Source: the human T2T-CHM13v2.0 reference genome, Homo sapiens
Length of the DNA: 64,000 nucleotides
Strand: one strand, 5' to 3'
Assembly: GCF_009914755.1 (NCBI RefSeq)
Contig: NC_060925.1
In this document: one piece after another, positions 21,959 through 40,785 of the stretch
Position numbering within the stretch: the first letter of the stretch is position 1
Layout: every line of letters starts with the position of its first letter
Notes under the pieces: generated by a model
Told to the model about the DNA's origin: nothing
Databases searched by the model: none
The model's input: the letters and a program-made list of their open reading frames with translations, nothing else
Made by a program: the position numbers and the translations under genes

Positions 21959-22242
21959 TAGGGAGAGAAAGCTGCATCCCCAGGGACTAGAAGACAGGCC
22001 ACACAGATACAAGCCAGGGTGCCTCTCTCCATCTGAAGGGGACCCCATCGGGTCAAACCAGTCTTGCCCACTGTGGGACCTGTCACTTGTGAGCCCTCAG
22101 GTGTCATCTCTGCCACCACCACCTGTGGCCCCTGCCTCAGGGTTACCCCTAAGCACCAGACAGATCAAACAGGAGCTTGCTGAGGAGTATGAGACCACTA
22201 AGAGTCCAGTGCCCCCAGCCTACAGCCTCCAACTCCTCCTAA

Positions 22243-22557
<315 letters not shown>

Positions 22558-22885
22558 TAGTAGAGACAGGGTTTCTCCATGTTGATCAGGCTGGTCTTGA
22601 ACTCCTGACCTCAGGTGATCCACCCACCTCAGCCTCCAAAGCGCTGGGATTACAGGCGTGAGCCACCATGCCCAGCCTATGTGGTGTTTTTTATCTTATT
22701 TTTTATTGAGACAAGGTCTTGCTCTGTCACCCAGGCTGGAAGGCTGGAGAGCAGTAGTGTGATCATGGCTCACTGCAACCGTGAACTCCTGGGCTCAAGC
22801 GATCCTCCCACCTCAGCCTACATGCCTGGAGCTGGGATGACAGGCACAGGTAGGAGCAACTGGCTAATTTTTTTATTTATATTTT

Positions 22886-23012
22886 TTGTATATATTTTTT
22901 TGTAGAGAATATATATATTTATATATATTTATATATATTTTTGTAGAGAATATATATAAATATATATTTTTATAATATAAAATATAAAAATATAAAAAAT
23001 ATATATTTTTTT
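22886..23012. repeat. AT-rich (TA)n expansion within an AluJ linker
   Basis: Duplicated tttttgtagagaatatatata units plus TA runs. Confidence 0.8.
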
Positions 23013-23134
23013 TCTAGAGAAGGGGTCTCTATGTTGCCCAGGCTGGTCTCCAACTCCTGGGCTCAAGTGAACCTCCCGAAGTGTGGAGATTACAGGCATG
23101 AGCCACCGTGCCTGGCCTTTTGGTGAAATTTTGA

Positions 23135-23518
<384 letters not shown>

Positions 23519-23578
23519 TGAATGGGCTCATGGATATTTATGAAATCATGCCCCCCAAGAGTTAAAGATACCAGTGAC

Positions 23579-23745
23579 TGTTACCAAGCAAAAGGAGCTC
23601 ACTGCCCGGTGGTACAGAAGTCAAATGCTATGGCACTTTTTTTTTTGAGAAGAAAAAAAAAAAAAGCTTTATTGTGAGTCAGCCAACAAAGAGACAGGAG
23701 GCCAGCTCAAATTGGCCTCCCTGTGCAATTCTTAAGTCAGTGCTT
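23579..23745 (-). mobile_element. ERV1-type LTR 3' fragment (family unresolved)
   Basis: tgttacc... terminus, minus-strand AATAAA (gctttattg), and aaagagacaggaggccagctcaaat motif shared with MER4-group LTRs. Confidence 0.4.
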
Positions 23746-24050
23746 TTTAAACTTTTTATTGTATTTTATTTTTTAGAGACAGAGTCTTGCTTTTTTGCTC
23801 AGGCTGGAGTGCAGTGGCTTGATCTCAGCTCAGGTCACTGCAACACCTGCCTCCCAGGTTCAAGCAATTCTCCTGCCTCAGCCTCCCCAGTAGCTGGGAC
23901 TAAATGTGCATGCCACGATGCCCGGCTCTTTTTTGTATTTTTTTTTAGTACAGATGGAGTTTCACCATGCTGGCCAGGCTGGTCTTGAACTCCTGACCTC
24001 AAGTGATCCACCCACCCCTGCCTCCCAAAGTGCTGGGAGTAAAGGCATGA

Positions 24051-24344
<294 letters not shown>

Positions 24345-24555
24345 TGATCTGCCCACCTCGGCCTTCCAAAGTGCTGGGATTACAGGCATGAGCCACTGTA
24401 CCCAGCCTCTACAAGTGGGTTTTTAAAGGAAAAAAGAAGAGGTAGTTCCTAAGTTGTTTACCAATAATAATTTACATTAAAATAAAATAAGTTATTGATT
24501 GGCTACACATTGTTTTATTTTATTTTATTTTTTGAGATAGAGTCTCACTCTGTAG

Positions 24556-24750
<195 letters not shown>

Positions 24751-25052
24751 TGATCCGCCCGCCTCGGCCTCCCAAAGTGTTGGGATTACAGGCATCAGCC
24801 ACCGCGCCTGGCCTATTTTTTCTTTTCTCACCAACTAATGGAAAAGTGAGGGCTTTATTTATGTATTCATTTTCAGATGGAGTCTTGCTCCGTCCCCCAG
24901 GCTGGAGTGAAGCGGCACGATCTCGGCTTACTGTAGCCTCTGCCTCCTAGGTTCAAGCAATTTCTGCCTTAGCCTCTTGAGTAGCTGGTTTTACAGGCAT
25001 GTGCCACCACACCCCACCCAGCTAATTTTTTTTTTTTTGAGACGTAGTCTAG

Positions 25053-25253
<201 letters not shown>

Positions 25254-26012
25254 TGATCCACCCGCCTCAGCTTCCCAAAGTACTCGGATTACAGGCATGA
25301 GCCACCACGCCTGGCCTTTTTTTCTTTTTTGAAACAGGGTCTCACTCTATTGCCCAGGTTGGAGTGCAGTGTTGAGATCTCAGCTCACTGCAACCTCTGT
25401 CTTCCCTGCTCAAGAGATTCTCCCAACTCAACGTCCTGAGTAGCTGGGACTACAGGCACCTACCACCACGCCTGGCTAATTTTTGTGTTTTTTTAGAGAC
25501 AGGGTTTCGCCACATTGCCCAGGCTAGTCTTGAACTCTTGAGCTCAAGTGATCTGCTTGCCTCGGCCTCCCAAAATGCTGGGATTATAGGTGTGAGCCAC
25601 CGTGCCCTGCTGAGGAGAGTCTTAGTTTGGGATCCATGGATTCCTTTGAGGCCTATTCATGGGCTTCAAAGGATTAATCAGTCCTTGAAATCATACGCAA
25701 AATTTGTGTGTAGGTAGATAGCTTTTATCAGATTTCCAATGTGGTTTTTAATCCCCTCTTCCAAAGAAAAAACAATCACTGTAATATCTAGTTTCTAGTT
25801 TCAAGGAGTGAACTATCAAAGTATAAAACAGTAGAGACATCCAGCAGGATACTGACTGTTTGTGTCCATTTAATATGACAATTAGAAGGTCACTTCTTGG
25901 AAGAGTCATTTGGCTTTGCTCCCTCAATTTCCTTTCCACTTCACCTCACTTCAGTCTGGTTTTGGAATGCTAACACTCACTCTACCCAAACTGCTCTTGT
26001 TGTGGAGTCTGT

Positions 26013-26715
26013 GGTATCCACCAATGGGTTCTTTCTGCCTGCTGCACAAACAAAATTAATTGACAGAAACCATGGCATTGCAGTAAAGAAAGTTTAATTG
26101 ACGCGAGGCTGGCCATGCCACGTGGGAGACAGAGTTGTTACTCAAATCCATCTCACCAAAGGCTCAGAGGTTAGGGGGTTTTTCAGATAGTTTGACAGGT
26201 ACGGGGCCAGGGAATGGGGAGTGCTGACTGGTTGGGTCAGAGGTGAAATCATAAGAAGTAGAAGCTGTCCTCTTGCACTGAGTTGGTTCGTGGATCCCCA
26301 GGTTGATGAGTCAGGGTGGGGCCATCCACTTGTCAGAAATGCAAAAACCTGAAAAGACATCTCAAAAGGCCAATCTTAGGTTCTACAACAGTGATGTTAT
26401 CTGCAGGAATGATTGGGGAAGATGCGAATTTGTGACCTGTGGAATAATGGGTGGTAATCATTTAACTACAATTACAACTTAGAAGAATTCAGGACCCTCT
26501 CATTCTCCTAACTTGGTGGCCTTTCATTTAGTTTTAAAAGGGCAGTTTTGGGGAAGGGTTATTATCATTTAAACTATAAACTAAATTTCTCCCAAAGTTA
26601 GTTTGTCCTGTGCCCAGGAATGAGCAAAGACAGCCAGTCTGTGAGGCTAGAATCAAGATAGGAGTAAACCATGTCAGATTTCTCTTACTGTCAAAATTTT
26701 GCAAAGGCGGTTTCA
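26013..26715 (-). mobile_element. LTR8-family (ERV1) solo LTR
   Basis: Minus strand begins TGAAACCGCCTTTGCAAAATTTTGACAGTAAGAGAAATCTGACATGG, the recalled LTR8/8A start. ~700 bp long, with ATTAAA near its 3' end. Confidence 0.75.
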
Positions 26716-26959
26716 ACAGAAATTAACATGTCTAGGATAGTTGCTTTTTCTATTATTTTTTCTATCACTGCATTTACTTTCATTCTGCCTTATGCTTTAA
26801 CTAGGTAATTTTTTTTTTTTTTTTTTTAGTTTTGGCGGTATCAACACTATATTCTTCTCTTTGACCACCGCATGCTGCCTACGTGGTAGACTCTCAATAC
26901 GCATGGAACTGAACCTCTTACAGGATTTGTAACTCACTTCTGTGGTATCTAGTAAACTG

Positions 26960-27460
26960 GAACACGCGCTTTCCCTGGGCTGCTCTGTCATCCCAGGTTT
27001 CAGCACTCGGAAATCGCTTGGGCCCCCGCCCAGAGGCGGGGCTTGGGTGGGCTGACCACTCCTCTGGCCTCCAATACTGTCGCTGACATTCTCGTCTATG
27101 CTCCAGCAGCCGTACCTCACTCCGGTGGAGGCGGGACTTCCTACAGCACTTCCGGCCAGAGCCTCAAGCTTCGCTGCTGGGCAGTTGGCTGGAGGGGCTG
27201 CTGCTGGGAACACCTGGAGTCTCCGCGGGCAGGTGAGCTTCAGAGGTTCGGGGAGCTTTCGGAACGAGCATTCCTGGCCGGTGCGTCACCCTGCAGTGCT
27301 CTTGGCCTTTTCTTCCTTTCCTGGAATCTTCCCAGATTGCCAGAGCCGGGCGTTGCCTGCTCCGTGCGCTGGGAGGCGGTCCAGCCGGCTGGGTTGGGGC
27401 CACCCTGCGCCTCCTGGAAGGCCTTATTTAGGAGTAGCCGCACGTGATCTCTAGCATTTT
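26960..27460 (+). promoter_or_regulatory. TBCE: TBCE CpG-rich, TATA-less promoter
   Basis: Local CpG/GC enrichment; GC boxes at 27024-27030 and 27035-27042; GGCGGGAC at 27130; ETS/GABP sites ACTTCC (27136) and CACTTCCGG (27147-27155); E-box CACGTG at 27441. Confidence 0.85.
27158..27232 (+). other. TBCE: TBCE exon 1 (5'UTR; start approximate)
   Basis: Lies just downstream of the ETS sites and ends in a strong donor CAG|GTGAGC at 27233. Matches the recalled TBCE mRNA leader. Confidence 0.8.
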
Positions 27461-29131
27461 AAGCTTCTCTCAGAGAATTGGCATGTCACTTTGGAAGAGG
27501 TGAAAATGGTACAGGCGACCAACGACTTTTACAAGGTGTCACCTTAGAGGAACAGCCTCGTCCTTCCGAATCAGTTAACATTGGTGATGACAGAGAAATA
27601 ACGTTAAATAGGTGGAGAGCACTTAAAGTAACTGTTTGTTCTTTTGAGACAGTCTTGCTCTGTCGCCCAGGCTGGACTGCAGTGGCGCGGATCTCTGATC
27701 TCGGCTTACTGCAACCTCCGCCTCCTGGGTTCAAGCGATTCTGCTGCCTCAGCCTCCCGAGTAGCTGGGATTACAGGCGCGTGCCACCACGCTCGGCTAA
27801 TTTTTGTATTTTTAGTAGAGACAGGGTTTCTCCATGTTGGCCAGGCTGCTCTCGAACTCCTGACCTCAGGTGATCCACCCGCCTCGGCCTCCCAAACTGC
27901 TGGGATTACAGGCGTGAGCCACCGCGCCCGGCCTAAAGTAACTATTTTTACTTGGTGTTTACTACCAAATGGGGACTGTTCTAAGTTGTGGGTGGATCCA
28001 AATGATGGTGTGACAGCCTTATCCTCAGAGAAGCAGTCCTGGCAGGAAGACGGGGTTAACAAATTGCCAAACTGTTAGAGAAAGTTAGTGGAGGTAGAGA
28101 TGAAGAGAGAAGACTTTTCTTTTCTCTGGCATTAATTTAGCCACGGCCGCTGTGTTTTGATACTTGCTTCAAAACGTTTTTCATATTCTTAAGTTTTAAC
28201 TTTTCTGTATGCTCATATTTTATATACTGTTGTAAACAGCATATCTCTGGGTTTTTTTTTTAATCTAAGTGGACAGCCTGCTTTTTTTTTTTTTTTTTTT
28301 TTTTTTGATATGGAGTCTTGCTCTGTCGCTCAAGGCTGGTGTGCAGTGGCCCAATCTCAGCTCACTGCAACCACGCCTCCCAGGTTCAAGCATTTCTCCC
28401 ACCTCAGCCTCCCGAGTAGTTGGGATGACAGGTGTGTGCCACCATGCCCAGCTAATTTTTTTTTTTTTGTATTTGTAGTAGAGATGGGGTTTCGCCATGT
28501 TGGCCAGACTGGTTTTGAAGGACTGACTTCAGGTGATCCACCTGCCTCAGCCTCCCAAAGTGCTGGGACTACAGGTGTGAGCCACCGTGCCCAGCCCAGT
28601 CTGCCTTTTGACTAGCAGGTTTATTGGATTTACATTCATTGTCACTACTGAAATATTTGTTTAGATCAAAATCTTTGGCATTATCCCTGATTAATCTCTT
28701 CCATATATATCAGCAAATCCTATGGACTCTCCACCTTTAAAATCTGTCCACACTCCCAGGCTCTTGTTATCACCTTCACTTGTTCAAGTTACATTGTCTC
28801 GTACTTGAATTACTGCAGTAGTTTCTGCTCTTTCCTCTTTTAGTCTGTTTGCATCACAGTATCTCGGTTGATCCTTTAAAAAAAAATCAGATTTATGTCT
28901 TTCCTCTCAAAAATCCTCCAAGGACTACACATCTCACCCGGAGTGAAAGCCAAAGTCGGCCGGGCGTGGTGGCTCATGCCTGTAATCCCAGCACTTTGGG
29001 AGGCCGAGGTGGGTGGATCACGAGGTCAAGAGGTCGAGACCATCCTGGCCAACATGGTGAAACCCCGTCTCTACTAAAAATACAAAAATTAGCCGGGCGT
29101 GGTGGTGCGTGCCTGTAATCTCAGCTACTCA

Positions 29132-29596
<465 letters not shown>

Positions 29597-30405
29597 TTAT
29601 TCATCGAAGGTCCTATGTGACCTAGCCCTGCTTCACTGCTGATCTCATGTCGTTCTCATCTCCTGTTTGCTCTACTGTATGGTCTCCTCAAGCGCATCCT
29701 AGCCTCAGGATATTTGCACTTGCTATTCCTTTCCCTCATATGTCCACATGGCTCAGTTCTTTACCTCTCTCATATTTTGGGGACCTTTACCTTCTCAGTA
29801 AGGCCTTCTCTGACAAACCACTGCCATCTTTAACATTTCCATTGCACTCGTTATCCTTGTGCTTATCATCATATGACATGCCATGTGATAGAGTCATTTA
29901 TCTGGTTTATTATGTTTTCTCTCACTGGCATAGAAGGTTTATGAGGGCAGGTATTTTTCTGTTTTGTTTACTGCTGTATTCTTTTTTTTTTTTTTTTTCT
30001 GAGACGGATTCTTGCTCTGTTGCCCAGGCTGGAGTGCAGTGGTACGTTCTCGGCTCACTGCAACCTCTGCCTCCTGGGTTCAAGCAATTCTCTGCCTCAG
30101 CCTCCCAACTAGCTGTGATTACAGGCGCATGCCACCATGCCTGGCTAATTTTTGTATTTTTAGTAGAGATGGGGTTTCACCATCTTGGCCAGGTTGGTCT
30201 TGAACTGCTGACCTTGTGATTCACCCGCCTCAGCCTCCCAAAGTGCTGGGATTACAGGCGTGAGCCACTGCACCCGGCATTTTTTTTTTTTTTTTGGGAA
30301 GATCTCTTATTGTACTTCCCTGTAAAATCCATTACTGTTTTATTCCAATTGCCTAAAATAGTATCTGGCTTTTAGCAGACACTCCATAATATAATTGTTG
30401 ATTGA

Positions 30406-30684
<279 letters not shown>

Positions 30685-30761
30685 TGAACTCCTGACCTCA
30701 TGATCCGCCCGCCTCAGCTTCCCAAAGTGCTGGGATTACAGGTGTGAGCTATCACGCCTGG

Positions 30762-30801
<40 letters not shown>

Positions 30802-30802
30802 A

Positions 30803-31120
<318 letters not shown>

Positions 31121-31387
31121 TGAGACAGGGTCTCCCTCTGTCACCCAGGCTGTAGTGCACTGGCACGATCTTGGCTCACTGCAAGCTCTACCTCCCGGGT
31201 TCAAGTGATTCTCCCACCTCAGCCTCTGAGTAGCTGGGATTATACGCGTGTGCCACCATAGCCTGGCTAATTTTTGTATTTTTATTAGAGATGGGGTTTC
31301 ATCATATTGGTTAGGCTTGTCTCAAACTCCCAACCTCAGTTGATCCACCCACCTCTGCCTCCCAAAGTGTTAGGATTACAGGCGTGA

Positions 31388-31638
<251 letters not shown>

Positions 31639-32464
31639 TGATCTGCCTGCCTTGGCCTCCCGAAGTGCTGGGATTACAGGCATGAGCCACTGTGCCTGCC
31701 CTTTTTTTCATTTTTTCATTTTTTTGTACAATAGGGTCTCCCTCTGTTGCCCAGGCTGGAGTACAGTGGTGTGATCAGGGCTCACTGCAGCCTCGAACTC
31801 CTGGGCTCAGGTCATCCTCCAACCTAAGCCTCCCAAATACATTGGCCTATAGGCGTGCACCACCACACCCAGCTGATTTTTATATTTTAATTTTTAATTT
31901 TGCTGTGCATATTTAGCTGGGATTACAGACGCACTCCACCTCGCCAGGCTAATTTTTGTATTTTTAGTTGCAACGGGATTTCACCATAGTGGCAAGGCTG
32001 CTCTGGAACTCCTGACTTCAGATGATCCTCCTGCCTTGGCCTCCCAAAGTGTTGGGATTACAGGCGTGAGCCACCGCTCCTGGCTGGCTTTGTAGAACCT
32101 TAAACATATTTATCTATCTTAAGAATTTTTCCCAAGGAAATACTTCATAAGGTAATATTTTAAAAATCAAAGCTGTTTTTAGCTGTTTTCTTTGGAGTTG
32201 TAAATAAACAGCATTAGAGAAATGATTGGCTGGGTGCAGTGGTTCACACCTATAATCCTAGCACTTTGGAAGGCTGAGACGGGAGAATCTCTTGAGGCCA
32301 GCAGTTTGAGACCAACCTGGGCAGCATAGAGAGATCCCTTCTCTACCAATAGAAAAGAGAGAGAGAGAGAGGCTGGGCACGGTGGCTCACGTCTGTAATT
32401 CCAGCACTTTGGGAGGCCGAGGCGGGCGGATCTCGAGGTCAGGAGATCGAGACCATCCTGGCTA

Positions 32465-32701
<237 letters not shown>

Positions 32702-33141
32702 TCATACTTGGATATTGAGATGATTAATGTGTTGACTCTGTGGCTGTATAGAAAAATGTTTATGGACAAATGTTAATATGGCCAGTTGAGGTAGCTCAAA
32801 CCTGTAATCCCAGCACTTTGGGAATCCTCAGGAGGATTGCTTGAGCCCAGGAGTTAAAGACCAGCCTGGATAACATAGTGAGGCCCTACTTTATTTTAAA
32901 GGAAGTTAATAAAAGAAGTAGAACAAATTATATGTCTCAGTGGTAGTAAAATTCTGCTTACATGTTAATGAAAATTTTGAAAGGGCACTTAAAACTAGTA
33001 AAAAACTCATTTTTAGGGTAATACAATTGTAGTAAAATTTAAACATTTAAATTTTATGATCGGAAGATGGTAGTAAATCAGAAATGGCTTTGGAATTTCT
33101 TTCATTGCAACCTTAATAGTAAGCAACAGTCTTTCCCATGA

Positions 33142-33551
<410 letters not shown>

Positions 33552-34619
33552 TAGTAGAGACGGTGTTTCACCGTGTTAGCCAGGATGGTCTCGATCTCCT
33601 GACCTCGTGATCCTCCCGCCTCGGCCTCCCAAAGTGCTGGGATTACAGACGTGAGCCACCGCACCCAGACTTGTATTTTTATTTTTTAAATTTTAAAATT
33701 TTATTTATTTTTTTGAGACTGAGTCTTTCTTTGTTGCCCAGGCTGGAATGCAATGGCATACCTTGGCTGACTGCAGCCTCCGCCTCTTGGGTTCAAGCCT
33801 CCAGAGTAGCTGGGATTACGGGTGCTTGCCACCATGCCTGGCTAATTTTTGTATTTTTAGTAGAGACAGGTTTCACCATGTTGGCCAGGCTGGCCTCGAA
33901 CTCCTGACCTCAGATAATCCACCCTCCTCGGCCTCCCAAAGTACTGGGATTACAGGCGTGAGCCACTTTGCCTAGCCTACACTGTTAAATGAATGCTTTT
34001 CAGACCATTGTACCCCACGTGCAGGTCAGGCCACATCTGGAATGTGGCGTTCAGTTCTAGATATCGCAATTTAAGCATGGAATCAGTAAATCAGTTACAG
34101 AGGAAAACTGGAATGCTATAAGGAGGGTTTAAGGAGCTGGAAATGTTTACCCTGGTAGAGAGGTTTGGGAGATGAAGACAGGAAGCAGGGAAAGCAGAAA
34201 TGGTAACAAATGGCCTTCCATATTTATTTATTTATTTTTTGAGACTGAATCTCCCTCTGTCGCCCAGGCTGAAGTGCAGTGGTGCAATCTGGGCTCACTG
34301 CAACCTCCGCCTCCTGGATTCAAGTGATTCTCCTGCCTCAGCCTCCCTAGGAGCTGGGATTACAGGTATCCGCCACCACACCTGGCTAATTTTTGTATTT
34401 TTAGTAGAGACGGGGTTTCACCATGTTGGCCAGGCTGGTCTCGAACTCCTGACCTCAGGTGAGTCACCCACCTTGTCCTCCCGAAGTGCTGGGATTACAG
34501 GTGTGAGCTACTGTGCCCAGCTGGCCTTCCACATTTAAATGTTGTCTGGGAAAGGGAATATATTGATTCTCTGTAGCTACATAGGGCAGTAGTAGAAAAT
34601 TACTAGGTGAAAATGATAG

Positions 34620-34847
<228 letters not shown>

Positions 34848-36836
34848 TAGCCAGGATGGTCTCAATCTCCTGACCTCATGATCCGCCTGCCTTGTCCTCC
34901 CAAAGTGCTGGGATTACAGGCATGAGCCACTGTGCCTGGCCTAGAGATGTAGATTTCATCTTTTTAAAGAAGAATAACAAGAGTCACTCCAACATTTAAG
35001 TGGGCTATCTTCATTAGTTAGCAAGTGTGTGTATTTTAAAAAGTCATTCCATCTGAACCAAGCCTTAGTCAGCACCCAGATAGACCTAACTAAGAGCAAC
35101 ATGCCACTCACATTCAGGTGATTAGGAGAGGGCCCAGTGCAGGCCATTACAGAGAACTTAACTAGGCAGCAGCTGACTGCAGGTCATTTTGACTGGATAC
35201 TAAAATGGGGCTGGGGGTGGGGGAGTGATCAAAGTGGTTGTCCTAGCAACAGGCAATAAGGGTGCAGAGTGGGCCAGTAACAGCATCAAGTAGGTCTAAC
35301 ATCAGGAAACAGGGACCCACTGGTTACTAGCTAGAAGAAGAGGGTAAAGGCTTTGGAACTAAGGCATAGGTCACCAAGACATGGATCCAGTTTCTAGGTC
35401 TTCACGGAAGATCATGGTATCAAGAAAGACATTATTAGAAACGTTCAGAGACTAGACAGGATCATCAAAAATACTGACTTGAGGCTGGGCGCAGAGGTTC
35501 ACACCTGTAATCCCAGCACTTTGGGAGGCCGAGATGGGTGAATCACCTGAGGTCAGGAGTTCGAGACCAGCCTGACCAATAAGGTGAAACCCCATCTCTA
35601 TTGAAAAAAAAAATACAAAATTAGCCGGGCTTGGTGGCACATGCCTATAATCCCAGCTACTCTGGAGGCTGAGGCAGGAGAATCGCTTGAACCCGGGCGG
35701 TGGAGGTTGCAGAGCTGAGATCACGCCATTGCACTCCAACCTGGGTAACAGAGCGAGACTCGTCTCAAAACAAACAAACAAAAACACCTGACTTGACACA
35801 GAGACTGTTAATTACTGACCTTAGACCTTATACCTAATGATCTCATTGGTCATGTCTGTGGGCACAGCATACAGGTAGGAATGGAAAAAAAAAATTGTTA
35901 CTGGAGATTAAGTAGGATCAAGCATGTGAAGGAATTCATGAGTTACCTACAGATGTTAGATTAATAATGAGAATGGCTTCCTAGTGTCTTCAATCCTCAT
36001 TCCTGCTATTACACTCTCTGGTTTTACTTCCCATTGATGGCTGCCCCCTTCTTCTCACCAAGCCATTCTCACTGTTAGCCTGATCTGCAGGGTGATGTAG
36101 TAGTACCCTTAAGCTGAGCCCCAGCTGGAAAGAGCCTCAGACTGATTATGGGGCCTTGTGAGTTTCTGGATTTAGATAATCCCTATACAGTCTAGTTCAT
36201 GGAGCCAAGATTTGGCCTAGTACTTTAATTTCTTGTAGGAGTGGAGTTCTGCAGTCATTTTATTCGTCCCTCTTCTTAGGGACTAGAGCTCTGAATCTGA
36301 GCACAGGTTTTTGGGTAGTGCTGTGTCTCTGGCCAGACCTCTTAGCTTACTAAAACATAAATTCCCCATGCCTGGTCTGACCCGTATGTTGATCCTGCCA
36401 TCACATCATCTAAACTGGCCGGCACAGTGGCTCACACCTGTAATCCCAGCACTTGGAGGCCGAGGTGGGAAGATCACTTGAGGTCAGGAGTTTGAGACCA
36501 GCCTGGCCCACATGGTGAAATCCCGTCTCTACTAAAAATACAAAAATTAGCTGGGCCTGGTGGCGGCCGCCTGTAATCCCAGTTACTCAGGAGGGTGAGG
36601 CGGAAGAATCGCTTGAACCCGGGAGATGGAGGTTGCAGTGAGCTGAGATTGCACCAGCCTGAGCGACAGAGTGAGACTCCGTCTCAATTAAAAAAAAAAA
36701 ATCATCTAAACTGCTTTGACTTTTCTCACCAACTTTGGGCTCGGAGATTATTTCTCTTTTGCTTTTCAACACTACTGGGCATGTTTAGATCTGGATCCTG
36801 GCCCCCTTCCCAATGGCCCTGTCCTCCTTTATTTAA

Positions 36837-37064
<228 letters not shown>

Positions 37065-37315
37065 TAATTTTTTTGTATTTTTAGTAGAGACAGGGTTTTA
37101 CCCTGTTGGCTGGGATGGTATCGATCTCTTGACCTTGTGATCTGCCTGCCTTGGCCTCCCAAAATGCTGGGATTGCAGGCGTGAGCCACCGCGCCCAGCC
37201 TAATGTTATTGTTTTTACAAAATATTTGAGGAGCTGATTGAGAGGACCTTATGCAGAAACTTAATAAACTTAAAATCATATAATGTGAGATTGAAATGCT
37301 TAGATTATTCTGTAA

Positions 37316-37539
<224 letters not shown>

Positions 37540-38422
37540 TAGTTTTTGTATTTTTAGTAGAGATGGGGTTTCACCATGGTGGTCAGGCTGGTCTCGAACT
37601 CCTGACCTTGTGATCCACCCGCCTCGGCCTCTCAAAGTGCTGGGATTACAGACATGAGCCACCACTCCCCTTCCATCTACCTGTTCTTAAAATAAAAAAA
37701 ACCCATAAAGGTGGAGAGGTAATAATAACAAAGGCCTCAGATATCTATATACCAATGGAGTTTGTGGGTAGTCAGTAATGTATTCTAACCCCAGATGGCA
37801 TGTAACAGCATATGTTTTTTCTTTTGTTTTGTGCACATATTATATATGATAATATTAAAATAGAAAAATACTTTGTTCAATAGTTATGTAACTTGTCGTT
37901 TAAAAATCCTTGTACTTCAACACTGTTATCTTTTATTTGTGTTTTTTTGTTTGTTTGTTTTGAGACAGGCTCTAGCTCTGTTGCCTAGGCTGGAGCAGAG
38001 TGGCATGATCTTGGCTTACTGCAGCCTCAGTCTTCTGGGCTCACATGATCCTCCCACTTCAGCTTCCCAAGTAGCTGGGACTACAGGCGTGTGCCACAAT
38101 GCCTGGCTAATTTTTGTATTTTTTTTGGTAGAGATAAGTTTCACTATGTTGCCCAGGCTGGTCTCGAATTCCTGGCCTCAGGTGATCTGCCTGCCTTGGC
38201 CTCCCAAAGCGCTGAGATTACAGGCATGAGCAACCGTGCCCAGCCAACACTGCTAGCTTTTTAAAACAGAAAGTGAGTTTTATTTAGGCCGGCCGCGGTG
38301 GCTGATGCTTGTAATTCCAGCATTTTGGGAGACTGAGGTGAGTGGATCACTTGAGGTCAGGAGTTCAAGACCAGCCTGGCCAACATGGTGAAACACCATC
38401 TCTACTAAAAATTCAAAAATTA

Positions 38423-38608
<186 letters not shown>

Positions 38609-38729
38609 TTATTTAGACAAAGATGAAGGTTTGGAAATTAACCATATTTGTGCTTGCAAAAGGGGCACGGATTTTTAAGCCCTAGTCTCACAGGCTCTCT
38701 CTGCAGCATCTGATACTGTTGCTTGATTA

Positions 38730-39080
<351 letters not shown>

Positions 39081-39083
39081 CTA

Positions 39084-39323
<240 letters not shown>

Positions 39324-39538
39324 TCATCACCCTCTATAGGCACTTTAAGTATACTGACTTCTCTCCCAAACTTGAACCTTCTCTTATAGGCCAGGCGCGG
39401 TGGCTCACACCTGTAATTTTACCACTTTGGGAGACTGAGGTTGGTGGATTGCTGGAGCTCAGGAGTTGGAGACCAGCCTGGGCAATGTAGCAAAACCCCT
39501 TCTCTACTGAAAATACAAAAATTGGCTGGGTGTGGTGA

Positions 39539-39973
<435 letters not shown>

Positions 39974-40509
39974 TGACGAAATTAACAACTAATTTATAGG
40001 TGCCTCCTGTATCCAGTTTTATCTGAGTGACAGTATCCTGTGGTATCTATGATTTTGTTTAATTATATGCCATTTAATTATTTAGTGTTGCTATCTTATA
40101 TAAAATCAACCTTAAAATATCTTCTGAGGAAACTATAAACAGCTAAAAGTCTTGAAACCTCATAAACCTCAACTCAAGTAATTTTTTTGAAATTTCTTTT
40201 GTCATTAATCCACGTGTGTAGGTATCTAATATAGTTTAAACTGATACACATTACAATTTTTGTTACCTTTTTTTTAAACTTATTTTTTGGTATAAATTTA
40301 CCTATGTTTCTACAGCATTATTTTGCAATATTTCTTCTTTTTTTGATTTTGCGTATTTCTTAATTATTACATTTAGTATAATATATAGTTTGTTTAATTG
40401 TTCCCCATTTTTGGATGTTAATTTCTAGTTTTTAGAGTAAATAATAATGTAGTAGACTTACTCATAAGTCTTAGTCAACAAAAATTTGACTGTTTTCTGT
40501 GTATTTTGA

Positions 40510-40668
<159 letters not shown>

Positions 40669-40785
40669 TAGGGGAGACAGGGTTTCTCCATGTTGGTCAG
40701 GCTGGTCTCGAACTCCTGAGGTGTTCTGCCTGCCTCGGCCTCCCAAAGTGCTGGGATTACAGGTGTGAGCCACCGTGCCTGGCCA

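Noticed and set aside
27422-27432. CArG box CCTTATTTAGG
   Set aside because: Seven A/T bases between CC and GG instead of six; not canonical.
26797-27454. Overlapping 118-138 aa ORFs over the TBCE promoter
   Set aside because: Expected from stop-poor GC-rich sequence; no recognisable domain, and they cross the exon 1 donor.
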